Positions 9,152 through 18,811 of a stretch of 64,000 bases of DNA are shown here, piece after piece. The stretch is taken from positions 704,001 to 768,000 of the forward strand of contig CBDCDZ010000004.1 of assembly GCA_965215565.1 (NCBI GenBank), given 5' to 3'. The notes under the pieces were generated by a model. That model saw nothing but the letters and a program-made list of their open reading frames with translations, did not search any database and was not told the origin of the DNA. The translations under genes and the position numbers were made by a program. Origin of the DNA: Trueperaceae bacterium. GTDB lineage: Bacteria; Deinococcota; Deinococci; Deinococcales; Trueperaceae. How positions within the stretch are numbered: position 1 is the first letter of the stretch; each line of letters opens with the position of its first letter.

Positions 9152-10510
9152 CTACGCCTCTAAGTCCCGCTTTTCCTCCAAGACCTCTTCTGCACGCTTC
9201 TCCACCTTCCGCTCCTGCGGCGCGTCCACCTCCGCTGCAATCGGCGCAACCACATCCCCCTCATAACTCAGCAACTCGGCGGCGGCGCGTCTGCCGCTCA
9301 GCAGAGCGCCGTGAACGGTGATGGCGCGGTGTTCGCTTTCAGTAGCTTCACCCGCCCAGTAGAGCGGCGGGGTGGGTGTGGCGAGGCGGGCTCTCGAGCC
9401 CTCATGCCCCGGCAACACGTGGCTGTAGCCGCCCCTGGCAAAGGGGTCAGCGGTCCAGTTGACGAGCCTTGCGGCTTCAGCCTTGAGGTCAGGGCGCTCT
9501 AACTCTTCGCGCAACGAGGTCAGCGCGGCACCCAGCGCCCCCTCTTCCCCTAGCGCGAGTAGCTGCGCCGCTCTGTCGCCAGAGACAAACGCGGTCCAAA
9601 CGTGATCGTCCGTCCCATGACCGAACGAAGGCGACCACCACATCGGCGGGTTAAGGCGGCTGTAGAGCGCCATGACCTCTTTCGGGACGATGGGCTCGCT
9701 GAATTTATAGATGAGCTTGATGACTGGACCCATGCGCAGCCCCGCTAGCGCCGTACGCTTGAAGTCAGGTAGCGCGGGCGTAAAGGTGAGGTGTCCTTGC
9801 AAAACGCCTAGAGGTACAGCGATGATGGCGTTGTCTGCGCTGTAATTTCCCTGTGTCGTTCGCACCTCAACCTCTCCGCTCGCTGACCAGATGACCTCTT
9901 CTACAGGCGTATTGAGGTGAACCTCGGTTCCCGCCGCCAAACCCTCGACCAACTGGCTATAGCCCCCCAAGAGCCGATAGTCGCCCAAACCGCTCTCTTT
10001 GCCTTTGTCGCGGAGAAGCTCGAGCATCGCTCCCGCACTTAGTAAACGCGCAGACTCACCTACGGCGTTAGCAAACGAACGCGCCACGTAGCGCAGTTGC
10101 GCGTGGGAGAAGCCAATGCGTTTCAAGTAGTCGTGCCAACATTCGAAGGGTAAAGGGGTTACCTCGGGCAGATTCCAGGTGCGGGTTTGGTCAAAGTCAG
10201 GGTGAGTAGCTCGCGCCGCCTTCATCGTCAGCCACGCGCCGTTTTCCAAGCGAACCAAGGAGTCGTCCGTTTTGCGCCAGTGGAGCGTCTCTAAGTTCAG
10301 CTCGCGAATCAGCTCCCACGTCGCGGCGCGGTCGCCGTGGATGAACTCCGCGCCCAACTCGACGGGTACGTCCGCAAAGTCGTAAGCGGTGTGAGTACGT
10401 CCGCCGATGTGGTCTTTCGCCTCTAAGACCACCACCTCTTCTCCGGCTTGCGTAAGAGACCGCGCCGCCGCCAAGCCCGCCACCCCCGCACCGATGACGA
10501 GCGTGCTCAT
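9152..10510 (-). CDS. Flavin-containing amine oxidase (monoamine/polyamine oxidase family)
   Basis: GAGVAGL, EAKDHIGGRTHT, ELGAEFIHG, W..DPF.RGGYS and AGEAT...TVHGALLSG.RAA. Confidence 0.92.
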   Translation of the reverse strand: MSTLVIGAGVAGLAAARSLTQAGEEVVVLEAKDHIGGRTHTAYDFADVPVELGAEFIHGDRAATWELIRELNLETLHWRKTDDSLVRLENGAWLTMKAARATHPDFDQTRTWNLPEVTPLPFECWHDYLKRIGFSHAQLRYVARSFANAVGESARLLSAGAMLELLRDKGKESGLGDYRLLGGYSQLVEGLAAGTEVHLNTPVEEVIWSASGEVEVRTTQGNYSADNAIIAVPLGVLQGHLTFTPALPDFKRTALAGLRMGPVIKLIYKFSEPIVPKEVMALYSRLNPPMWWSPSFGHGTDDHVWTAFVSGDRAAQLLALGEEGALGAALTSLREELERPDLKAEAARLVNWTADPFARGGYSHVLPGHEGSRARLATPTPPLYWAGEATESEHRAITVHGALLSGRRAAAELLSYEGDVVAPIAAEVDAPQERKVEKRAEEVLEEKRDLEA

Positions 10511-11295
10511 ACGTGAGCGCGTCGGATACTAGACTGGGGCGCGGGTTGGCTCGCTTTTTTACGCTTAGGTGCTTCCCAGACGATCAGCATCCCGGTGTGC
10601 GACGCTTGCGCGTCCCAGGCGTAGTTTTCAATCATTCCCACAGGCTTGAAACCTCTGCGCATCTGCACGCTCACGGTGGGGTCGAAGAGGTCGCCGCGCA
10701 TGACCTTAGTGGCGTATTCGCGCACCGACATCTCGCGCTTGTGACGCTGATACCCCTTGAGCATCCCGCCTGCGTAGATGCCGCACAGCCCCAAACGCTT
10801 GACTAAGTCGAACTGCGCCTTATAAAGCGCTGAGCCGATGCCTGTTCCTTGAAAGTCGGGGTGGACCGCCTTTTCAACGCCGTAAAGCCAACATCCTTCC
10901 GGGTCGTGGTTAGCAAGGGTGAGGTCGCCAATGACCTTCTCCCAGGGAAGCGGCTTCTCTGTCGGGTCGTAGCTCGTGCGCAGCGACAGCGCTACGCCGA
11001 CGACTTTTTCTTGTCCGTCTATATCAGCTACGGCGATGAGCTGACCCTTGGAAAAACGCTCCAGCAAGAGTCGCCACTCCGCCAAGCCGAACACCCCTGA
11101 GATGAAGTTGTCCGGGTTGTAAAGGTTGGCGAGGCAGATGACTTCGTAGACGCCGCGCCCGTGCTCAGGTTTTGCTTCTATGATGCGATAATTGAGCTTA
11201 CGACTGCTGGTTTCCTCGCTAGATTTAACTTCTTTACTGTATTTAATAGGTGTAATCGAGATTTGTCTCATAACGGTTATGTCCGAGACAACCAC
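10507..11295 (-). CDS. GNAT N-acetyltransferase (YkwB-like); true start possibly ATG 11271
   Basis: HDPEG.WLYG, VHPDFQGTGIGSALY, AGGMLKGY and DPTVSVQMRRGF. Overlaps the amine oxidase start (ATGA). Confidence 0.85.
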   Translation of the reverse strand: MVVSDITVMRQISITPIKYSKEVKSSEETSSRKLNYRIIEAKPEHGRGVYEVICLANLYNPDNFISGVFGLAEWRLLLERFSKGQLIAVADIDGQEKVVGVALSLRTSYDPTEKPLPWEKVIGDLTLANHDPEGCWLYGVEKAVHPDFQGTGIGSALYKAQFDLVKRLGLCGIYAGGMLKGYQRHKREMSVREYATKVMRGDLFDPTVSVQMRRGFKPVGMIENYAWDAQASHTGMLIVWEAPKRKKASQPAPQSSIRRAHV

Positions 11296-11830
11296 ACGTT
11301 TGTTAGAGTACTATTCTCTAGCACCTAACCTATTGGTGCGGCGTACGCCACACCAAAACGCTCATATAGAATGAGTTCGTTACAAATTGGGAAAAACTAA
11401 GAAGACGATAGGGTGAGTTTGTTGCCCTCAGCTAACACGCCAAGCCTGCATAAACACAGGGTTAAGTACCGAGCTAAATCAAACTAGGATAATGCGAAAC
11501 GATACTCAAAATCAACTTTAGCGTATCTTTTCCCTGATCGGTTTCTGCTTCTCCACAACCTTCACGCGAGAGGTTTCCTCCCGAAACACAAACGGTTTCA
11601 TTTGGCTAACTCACACTGCAGGGTTGTCTTGAAACTTTCACGCTCCCTTTAACTCGTCTTAGAAGAGTATAGCACGGGGCTCACAGTTCTGTGAAGGGGG
11701 AGAACACAGCGGAGTTTCAAAGTGAAGAAGTAGTCAAAATTCGGTAGTTTTCCTTATGCTGACTACCTTTAAGAAAGCAACTCTAGCGAATGCGCCACGC
11801 TTACCGCTTGCACGTAATAAGATATTCCCT

Positions 11831-12676
11831 ATGAACGAGCGCAAGGGGTTCCGACTCGCCTTTCCGGGTATCTTCTGGTTGACAGTCTTTTTCATGTTGC
11901 CACTGCTCTTCGTCTTAGCGGCGAGCTTTATGTCGAGCGGCTTGAGCGGCGCGCCGATGTTGCCCCTGACTCTGGAACATTACGTGCGCACCTTTGATAC
12001 CTTTGGTGTTATCGTGTGGCGCTCTTTACGCATCGCCCTCTACACGACAGTGTGGTGCTTGGTGCTCGGCTATCCGTTGGCGTTTTTTATCGCGACGCGC
12101 AAAAACTCGGCGGTGCGCCTCGTCCTTCTCTTTCTCATCCTCTTACCCTTCTGGACGAACTTTTTAGTGCGGACCTACGCGCTCAAGTCCATTCTCGGAC
12201 CCGACGGCATTATCAATGCGCTTTTAGCGAACCTCTCGCTCATCACGCAACCGCTGGAACTGCTCTTCACGCCCTTTGCTGTTATTTTAGGGCTCGTTTA
12301 CGGCTATCTTCCTTTTATGGTGCTGCCCGTCTACGCGGCGGTGGAGCGCCTGGACTTTCGCTTCGTCGAAGCCGCGTATGACCTGGGCGCGAACGACTGG
12401 CACACCTTCTGGCGCGTCGTGTTTCCGCTCACGTTGCCCGGTGTGGTGGCTGGCTCCATGCTCGTCTTTATCCCTTCGATCGGCTCGTTCATCACACCTG
12501 ACCTCTTGGGCGGCACGCGCGGGCTGATGATCGGCAACCTCATCGCGCGGCAGTTCGGCGGGCGCAACAATATCACGCTCGGCTCGGCAATTTCGATTGT
12601 ACTCATCGTGCTGGTGCTCATCGGCGTCGTGATCTACATCCGCTACGGACAAGAGAGGCAGGGGGAAGGTGGCTGA
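11831..12676 (+). CDS. potB: Spermidine/putrescine ABC permease
   Basis: LPFWTNFLVRTYA, YLPFMVLP.Y and EAA loop EAAYDLGA. Start ATG 11831 follows TAAGAT-N7 (ORF open from 11756). Confidence 0.88.
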   Translation: MNERKGFRLAFPGIFWLTVFFMLPLLFVLAASFMSSGLSGAPMLPLTLEHYVRTFDTFGVIVWRSLRIALYTTVWCLVLGYPLAFFIATRKNSAVRLVLLFLILLPFWTNFLVRTYALKSILGPDGIINALLANLSLITQPLELLFTPFAVILGLVYGYLPFMVLPVYAAVERLDFRFVEAAYDLGANDWHTFWRVVFPLTLPGVVAGSMLVFIPSIGSFITPDLLGGTRGLMIGNLIARQFGGRNNITLGSAISIVLIVLVLIGVVIYIRYGQERQGEGG

Positions 12677-13595
12677 TACCTCACGCGACACCTCTTTAAG
12701 CGCGCAGCAACCCGCCGATATGCAAATCAACGAGGGTAAGCTGCGCCGTGACCTCTTCGTTCGCAAAGTCGGCAAAATAGGGCTCTTCGTCACGCCCTTC
12801 GCCTCGTACTTCTTTCTATGGGCTCCTATCGTCGTCTTAATCGTCTTCTCGTTCAACGACGCGCCCTCGGTCTCGGTCTGGCGTGGGTTTACCTGGCGGT
12901 GGTATGAGAACATCTTCGCGGCGGGCTCAGGCGACGCGAGTTTTACAACGACGAAGCTTTTGGAGTCGCTCGGCAACTCGCTCATCGTGGCGTTTAGTGC
13001 GTCGTTTATCGCCACCGTTATCGGAACGATGTTGGCGCTCGCAATTCACAGGGGCAACTTTCCAGGTAAAAAGGTCATCGACGCGCTGCTCTATGTTCCC
13101 GTCGTCATTCCTGAAATTACGCAGGGCGTGTCGCTCGCTATCTTTTTTAGCATTCTTTTCGACTACCTGCAAAACATCACGGGTGGAGAACGCTTGTCGC
13201 TCGGCTTCGGCACGATCATCATCGCGCACGTGGCGTTCAACATCTCATACGTGGTCATCGTGGTGCGGGCGCGGCTCGCGACGATGAGCAGCAACTTTGA
13301 AGAGGCGGCGAATGACCTCGGCGCGAACCACTTTCAAACATTCTGGCGCGTCACCTTTCCGCTGCTCTTGCCCGGTATCATGGCGGGTGCACTCCTCGCG
13401 CTGACGCTCTCGCTGGACGACTACGTGGTGACGTTTTTTACCAAAGGCATCGGCGACGATACGCTACCGATTTTTGTTTATGGACTCCTTAAACAGCGCG
13501 TGTCGCCGGAGATCAACGCGATTTCGACGCTGATGATTCTCGCTTCGACGGTGCTGATTGGGATTTCGTTAGTGTTGCAGCGAAGAGGTTCGTAG
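12669..13595 (+). CDS. potC: Spermidine/putrescine ABC permease
   Basis: FSFN, IAHVAF, EEAANDLGA, SLDDYVVTFF and SPEINAIST. Confidence 0.9.
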   Translation: MADTSRDTSLSAQQPADMQINEGKLRRDLFVRKVGKIGLFVTPFASYFFLWAPIVVLIVFSFNDAPSVSVWRGFTWRWYENIFAAGSGDASFTTTKLLESLGNSLIVAFSASFIATVIGTMLALAIHRGNFPGKKVIDALLYVPVVIPEITQGVSLAIFFSILFDYLQNITGGERLSLGFGTIIIAHVAFNISYVVIVVRARLATMSSNFEEAANDLGANHFQTFWRVTFPLLLPGIMAGALLALTLSLDDYVVTFFTKGIGDDTLPIFVYGLLKQRVSPEINAISTLMILASTVLIGISLVLQRRGS

Positions 13596-13602
13596 GGACA
13601 AC

Positions 13603-13866
13603 TCATAAATTGCCCCTCGATGTTGAGTCGTAGTCGAGAATACCCTTGTCTTCTGAGTGTTTCCAAAAGCCTACTGAACCCGTTAAATTTTCATAACTCT
13701 GCCACCGCGTAAACGTTACGCCGAATATCTGTTCTTGCTTGAGAAGATTCTCGAGCGTGAACCATAGAGAGTCCTCTTCCGGACACCAGTAAGCATCTTC
13801 AGCTAAAGCGGGATGTGAAACGACGTGAACCCAATCCTGCTGGCAATTTGGGCAAATCAGCTTCAA
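13603..13866 (-). CDS. Small hypothetical protein with CPNC / CPEE motifs
   Basis: TTG start overlaps the GNAT stop (TTGA). MKLICPNCQQD...WCPEEDSLW; lower GC than neighbours. Confidence 0.6.
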   Translation of the reverse strand: MKLICPNCQQDWVHVVSHPALAEDAYWCPEEDSLWFTLENLLKQEQIFGVTFTRWQSYENLTGSVGFWKHSEDKGILDYDSTSRGNL

Positions 13867-14489
13867 GGTACTCTCTTTTTCAACGGATTCTCCCATACGA
13901 TCAGTGTCGCCCAGTTATCCGAGGCTTCATCCTCGAGATATCCCTCTAGGAGCCCACGCACCTCGAAGCCGTTCTTGAGTTGAAAGCTGAGCGTGGGGTC
14001 CGTAAGCTCACCTGAAACGACTTTCTGGACGTATTCAGGCACACTGTATTGACCTTTATACGTCGCGTAGCCAGGTAAGACGCCGCCCGCCACAATGCCC
14101 TTGAGCCCTCTTTCTCTGACCAAATCTTTTCGCGCGTTATACAGCAGCTTGCCGATACCGCGCCCTCTGTAGTCGGGGTGGACGCTGATGTCGCCGCCGT
14201 AATACCAGTCGCCGTTCGGATTGTGATTCGTGTAATGGCCGCCCGCGATGACCTCTTGAAAGGTGTGGTTCGGGTTGCCAAAGTCGAAGTCGGTGAGAAA
14301 GCCCGAGCCGAGACCGACCACCTGCTCATGATCTAAAGCGACGAAATCGCCTTCAGGAAAGACGCGGCAGTGACTTAAAAAGTGTTCTTCGCGCATCAGT
14401 TCGTGAGGCGCTAGGGTGGGAAAGCACTCGAGCTGCAACCGCTCCAGCGCTTTGGCGTACTTGGGCTCTATCGTCGTGAGGCGAATCAC
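13863..14489 (-). CDS. GNAT N-acetyltransferase (YkwB-like), paralog of 10507-11295
   Basis: FPEG.FVA, HNPNGDWYYG.DISVHPDYRGRGIG and DPTLSFQLKNGF. Confidence 0.9.
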   Translation of the reverse strand: MIRLTTIEPKYAKALERLQLECFPTLAPHELMREEHFLSHCRVFPEGDFVALDHEQVVGLGSGFLTDFDFGNPNHTFQEVIAGGHYTNHNPNGDWYYGGDISVHPDYRGRGIGKLLYNARKDLVRERGLKGIVAGGVLPGYATYKGQYSVPEYVQKVVSGELTDPTLSFQLKNGFEVRGLLEGYLEDEASDNWATLIVWENPLKKRVP

Positions 14490-14493
14490 GTCG

Positions 14494-15633
14494 CTAACTC
14501 AGTAGCGTCGCGTTGTCGTTCTGCCAGGAGACCCGCACCTTGTCGCCCTCTTTGAGCATCGAGCCGAAACCGTGATGCAAGTTTTGTACGCGCACCGCCA
14601 AATCCACATCGCTGCCAGAAACCACGCGGTAGCGCGTGTCGGTGCCGATGTAGAGAGCTTCGGAAATTTCCGCCTCGAGCACCGTGACGTTGTCCGTAGG
14701 TTTATCTGAAGAGGTGGGTTCCGCCGAACCGTTCAGGGACTGTAACGCAATCTTCTCAGGGCGCACCGCCAGAGTCACGCGCTCGCCCACCTCCGCGTCT
14801 AAAGCGTGACCCTTGAAGCGTCCCTCTAAACGTCGCCCGTCGGATAACTCCACAACGCCCGAGTCGCCGTTCTTACGTTGCAGTTTGCCCTCGACGAAGT
14901 TTGTCTCGCCGATGAAGTCCGCGACGAAGCGGTCCGCGGGCGCTTCGTAAATCTCGTCGGCGCGTCCGACTTGCAGCACGCGCCCTTCGCTCATCACGGC
15001 GATTCGGTCCGCCATCGTCATCGCCTCCTCTTGGTCGTGTGTGACGAACACAAAGGTGACGCCCACCTCGCGCTGCATGGTTTTAAGCTCCAACTGCATC
15101 TGCTTGCGGAGCTTGAGGTCGAGTGCGCCCAGTGGTTCGTCTAGGAGGAGTACGGCGGGCTTGTTGACCAGAGCCCGCGCCAACGCGACGCGCTGGCGCT
15201 GCCCGCCGGAGAGTTGCGCGGGTTTGCGGTTGGCGGTGTGGGGAAGTTGGACTAGCTCGAGCAGGTCTAGCGCCCGCTCCTTGGCCTCTTTTTTAGCAAC
15301 TTTCGCCATGCGCAGCCCGAACATCACGTTGTCCAGCACGCTCATGTGTGGGAAGAGCGCGTAGTCCTGAAACACTGTATTCACAGGGCGGTGAAAGGGC
15401 GGAATCCCCTGCACCGCCTCGCCGCGAATCAGCACCTTGCCCGAAGTCGGCTGCTCGAAGCCCGCGATAGTTCGCAGCGTCGTCGTCTTACCGCAGCCCG
15501 ACGGACCTAAGAGGGCGAAGAACTCACCGTCTGCGATTTGCAGCGAGACGTCGTCAACGGCGGTGACGGTGTTCCCCTGCGGGTCGGGGAAGGTTTTAGT
15601 GACCTCTAAGAGTTCGACGGAGGGTGTCGGCAT
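14494..15633 (-). CDS. potA: Polyamine ABC transporter ATP-binding protein
   Basis: GPSGCGKTT, VNTVFQDYALFPHM, LSGGQRQRVALARAL, LLLDEPLGALD, and a C-terminal TOBE domain. Confidence 0.92.
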   Translation of the reverse strand: MPTPSVELLEVTKTFPDPQGNTVTAVDDVSLQIADGEFFALLGPSGCGKTTTLRTIAGFEQPTSGKVLIRGEAVQGIPPFHRPVNTVFQDYALFPHMSVLDNVMFGLRMAKVAKKEAKERALDLLELVQLPHTANRKPAQLSGGQRQRVALARALVNKPAVLLLDEPLGALDLKLRKQMQLELKTMQREVGVTFVFVTHDQEEAMTMADRIAVMSEGRVLQVGRADEIYEAPADRFVADFIGETNFVEGKLQRKNGDSGVVELSDGRRLEGRFKGHALDAEVGERVTLAVRPEKIALQSLNGSAEPTSSDKPTDNVTVLEAEISEALYIGTDTRYRVVSGSDVDLAVRVQNLHHGFGSMLKEGDKVRVSWQNDNATLLS

Positions 15634-15680
15634 AGTTAAGCATACAGTAGTCAGTAGTTAGGTGTCAGAATTCAGCATTA

Positions 15681-15852
15681 TAGCAAGTATCATTTGGTTT
15701 GAGACGCTCTCACGATGTAGAACACCGTTGCCTAACGGCAAACTACGTAATTCGCTTTGCGAAAACTTCGTCCCTACGGGCTTTCAGAAAGCAGCACGCA
15801 CATTTGAGAATGATACTTGCGCTACTCCAATCAGCACTTATGTTAACTGCTA
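15681..15852 (-). mobile_element. MITE-like small repeat (TAGCAG...CTGCTA family), reverse orientation
   Basis: Begins TAGCAAGTATCATTTGGTTTGAGAC, the reverse complement of the right end of the copies at 18812 and 30389. Ends AACTGCTA. Confidence 0.7.
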
Positions 15853-15893
15853 TATTGTCCCGTCTACTGAATTCTGACTGCTGATTTCTGTTC

Positions 15894-17033
15894 TTACTGC
15901 CCCACAAAGATGCGCACTTCGTCCCACGCGCTGTAGTTGAGCTGTGCCCGTTCGGGGTTCTGTTCGACGAAGAAGAGGTTGTTCCTCGTCTCCTCGCTCG
16001 GGTAGATGCCGGGGTCGTTGGCGAGTTCGGGATCGATGAGCCCCTGCTCCAGCGCCACTGCGTTCGGCGTGCCGTACGCGGTGTAGTTCGCGATATCAGC
16101 GGACACTTGTGGGTCCAAGAGGTAGTCGATAAAAACCTTGGCGAGTTCGACGTTGGGCGCGTCTACAGGGATGGCGAGCGTGTCGATCCAGAAGAGCGTG
16201 CCCTCCTCGGGAATGACGTAGTCATACGTATCGCAGTCGCACTCGTCCATCACCTGGAAGATGTCACCGGAATACTCGACTACCATATCCGCTTCGCCGC
16301 GCACCAAGACCTCTTGTCCGTCGTCCTGGTTGATATACACGACGTTATCGCCGTTTTCGATAAGGTAGTCCTTCGCCCGCTGAATCTCGTCAGGATCGCT
16401 CGTGTTGGGGTCCAAACCGAGTTTGAGGAGCGCCACGCCCATCATGCCGCGAATATCCTCCAACCAACTCACCGAGCCGCTGTAGCTGAACATATCGTCC
16501 CAAGAGGTGACCTCGCCCTCGACGGCTTCGGTGTTGTAGCCGATGCCCATCGTGCCCCACTGGTACGGCACGCTGTAGGTGTTGTCGGGGTCAAAAGGTA
16601 AACCAATAAAGGTCTCACCCAAGTTGTTGAAGTTGGGAATCGTCGTCATATCGACGGGCTGCGCGAGGTCTTCGGCGATCATTAGCGAGAGCACGGTGCT
16701 GCTCGGCACGACGATGTCGTAACCGGGGTTGCCCTGGCGGATTTTAGCGAGCATGTCGTCGTCCGTCGGAAAGGTATCGTACGTAACCGTCACGCCGCAG
16801 CGTTCTTCAAAGTTGGGAACCGTGTCCTCGGCGATGTAGGTTGACCAGTTGTACACGCTGAGCTGTTGCCCCTCAAACCCTTCGGGGCAGGTCCACGCCG
16901 AAGTCTGACCTCCGGTTTCTTGTCCACCTGTTGCTTGCCCACCGGTTTCTTGCCCACCTGTCTGGGCGGCGGCGTAGCCTAACAGCAATATCCCTAGCAG
17001 TAACATCATTGTTAAAAAAAGCGTCAAACGCAT
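15894..17033 (-). CDS. potD: Polyamine ABC substrate-binding protein
   Basis: Signal peptide; YNWSTYI, YDIVVPS, YSVPYQWGTMGIGYN and PEEG...WID. TGGQ(E/A) repeats follow the signal peptide. Confidence 0.92.
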   Translation of the reverse strand: MRLTLFLTMMLLLGILLLGYAAAQTGGQETGGQATGGQETGGQTSAWTCPEGFEGQQLSVYNWSTYIAEDTVPNFEERCGVTVTYDTFPTDDDMLAKIRQGNPGYDIVVPSSTVLSLMIAEDLAQPVDMTTIPNFNNLGETFIGLPFDPDNTYSVPYQWGTMGIGYNTEAVEGEVTSWDDMFSYSGSVSWLEDIRGMMGVALLKLGLDPNTSDPDEIQRAKDYLIENGDNVVYINQDDGQEVLVRGEADMVVEYSGDIFQVMDECDCDTYDYVIPEEGTLFWIDTLAIPVDAPNVELAKVFIDYLLDPQVSADIANYTAYGTPNAVALEQGLIDPELANDPGIYPSEETRNNLFFVEQNPERAQLNYSAWDEVRIFVGQ

Positions 17034-17145
17034 CTATGCCTCCTTCAGGGTGATCGTCACCTTGAATTAGTTTTACCCTAAATGGAGCGTCGGCGTGAAG
17101 GATTTCGCCTACGGTGCTGCGTTTAATGAAGCCCGTCACGCCACC

Positions 17146-17604
17146 TCATTTCACCAGCCGGAGCGTCAGCGGATAGCGGTACGAGTCGCCGTTCGCCGCC
17201 TTTACGCCCGCGACGATGGGCAAGATGAGCCCGGTGATCAGCGCTGCGGCGAGGGCGAGCGAGAAGAGTACGATGCCTGCGACGCTTTCGTTGATGGAGA
17301 CGATGATGATAAGCGCGACGAGTGCGACGATATAAATGGCCAGCGAGAGGCTGAAATTCAGCGCCTCTTTCGCCTGCGCGTCGAGAAACTCGCTCTCGCC
17401 CTTTTTGATAAGCCAGATGACGAGCGGACCTAAAAGTCCTGGGATGCCGACTAAGCCTACGAGCACCGAGAGGTGTGCAGCGGCAGCCCAGCGCACCTCT
17501 TCTTGAGGGTCTGTTACGCCTCCTACGCTAGGTGGCGCGGCCTCCGCTACCGGTTCGGCGGACGTTTCTGTGCGGGGTGGTTGACTCAAATTCGGTTTAT
17601 CCAT
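17146..17604 (-). CDS. DUF4870 / Tic20-like membrane protein
   Basis: WA..AHLS, GPLVIWL.KK..S.F.D.QAKEALNF and G..YRYPL..RLVK. Confidence 0.85.
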   Translation of the reverse strand: MDKPNLSQPPRTETSAEPVAEAAPPSVGGVTDPQEEVRWAAAAHLSVLVGLVGIPGLLGPLVIWLIKKGESEFLDAQAKEALNFSLSLAIYIVALVALIIIVSINESVAGIVLFSLALAAALITGLILPIVAGVKAANGDSYRYPLTLRLVK

Positions 17605-17657
17605 TGCTTCCTCCTCTCTTTACAGTGTAGAGCACAAGCGCGCGAAAGGTTTATCCT

Positions 17658-17862
17658 TAGCAGTTCCACGACACACTGGGACAGTTGAACGCACGTCTCT
17701 GTCCGTAAGGACTAGCGTTACGGGCAGGCCGCCCTGCCGTTGCGGGATTTCATCCCTTAAAGTGCGTGCTAATTACGAAGTTTTCCGCAGGAAACAGCGT
17801 TTCACAAAGTGAGAGTGCTGCTTTGCAAAACTTCGTACACTCTGACCAGATGATACCTGCTA
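17658..17862 (+). mobile_element. MITE-like small repeat (TAGCAG...CTGCTA family)
   Basis: Left end TAGCAGTTCCACGACACACTG and right end ACCAGATGATACCTGCTA are shared with the copies at 18812 and 30389. Confidence 0.75.
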
Positions 17863-17928
17863 CCTCCATGAATTCAGCTTCATCATCTTGCCGTGGTCTT
17901 CCTCATCAATTCCGCTTAAAGTATTCCT

Positions 17929-18528
17929 ATGATTCAAACACTCCTCCTTTGCGCCACGCTATTTTTTACCTCTGCGTCCACGACCTCATACACCACCTCT
18001 GCGCAGCCGGACGACACCTACACCCTCAACCTCACCTTGAACGGACAGCCCATCGACTGGTTTGTGGGCGAATCCGTAAAGCGCAACGGCGACTGGTTCG
18101 ACCCGGTGGGACAAGAGACCGTGCGGGTGCTTTTTGACGGCGGCAGCCTCGAGCTAAACGTCGCCGACTGGGACATCTGGGACTACGCGCATATCATGGG
18201 CGTGAGCTATGAGCGCACGGGCGAGGATACCTACACGATGAGCGCCACCGTGCGCCACGACGACGCGGGCTGGGGCGACTACGCCAACGTCATCAAGTTC
18301 GAGGGCGAAAGCGTCCAGAACGGACTACGCGAGCTTCTGCACCCTCACGTCAACGAGCAGCCCTTCACTCGTTCGCAGAGCGGCGTCGTCGCCTCGGGCG
18401 AGGTGCGCGTCAGCGCGAACGACAACGTGGACGGTGAAGATGGCACGGTGGTGATGCTCGAGCTGGATAGCGAGATGTTCGCCTCTTTAGACCAAGCAGA
18501 GTTGGAGATTGGTTTAACGCGGAACTAA
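17929..18528 (+). CDS. Secreted hypothetical protein with a conserved-looking C-terminal domain (LLHPHVNEQPFTRS)
   Basis: Signal-peptide-like N-terminus, typical codon usage, and leaderless TAAAGT-N6-ATG. Confidence 0.75.
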   Translation: MIQTLLLCATLFFTSASTTSYTTSAQPDDTYTLNLTLNGQPIDWFVGESVKRNGDWFDPVGQETVRVLFDGGSLELNVADWDIWDYAHIMGVSYERTGEDTYTMSATVRHDDAGWGDYANVIKFEGESVQNGLRELLHPHVNEQPFTRSQSGVVASGEVRVSANDNVDGEDGTVVMLELDSEMFASLDQAELEIGLTRN

Positions 18529-18547
18529 GCGGTAATACTAAAGTGAA

Positions 18548-18577
18548 GTTTAGATGTCAAAAGTACGACATCTAAAC
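18548..18577 (+). terminator. Hairpin GTTTAGATGTC-N8-GACATCTAAAC downstream of 17929-18528
   Basis: Perfect 11-bp stem 20 nt after the stop codon. Confidence 0.5.
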
Positions 18578-18811
18578 CGCGCGGAAAAGAACCTTTAGCT
18601 GGGCGTATTATGCCGTTATCGACGCGCGTTGATTCAAAGATGCTACCTCTGGCTAAGGGCTTCTCAGCGCGTATCCTCAAACGCTCTCAATTTACGACAT
18701 CGTTCTTTCAGTTTAGTATAAGTTGGCAATCCTCAAGAGAAGAGAGAGACGACTCAAAGTTCGCCTCTCTCTTCTCTTTAACTTCTCGAGCACTGATGCT
18801 GAGCGTTCTCA

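Noticed and set aside
16905..16965. TGGQ(E/A) tandem repeats in potD
   Set aside because: A low-complexity linker after the signal peptide with synonymous variation; no sign of phase variation.
17766..18137. 123-aa ORF, and the similar ORFs 18610-19080 and 15662-15884
   Set aside because: They are translations of MITE sequence, partly overlapping real genes, with no start signals. Not called as genes.
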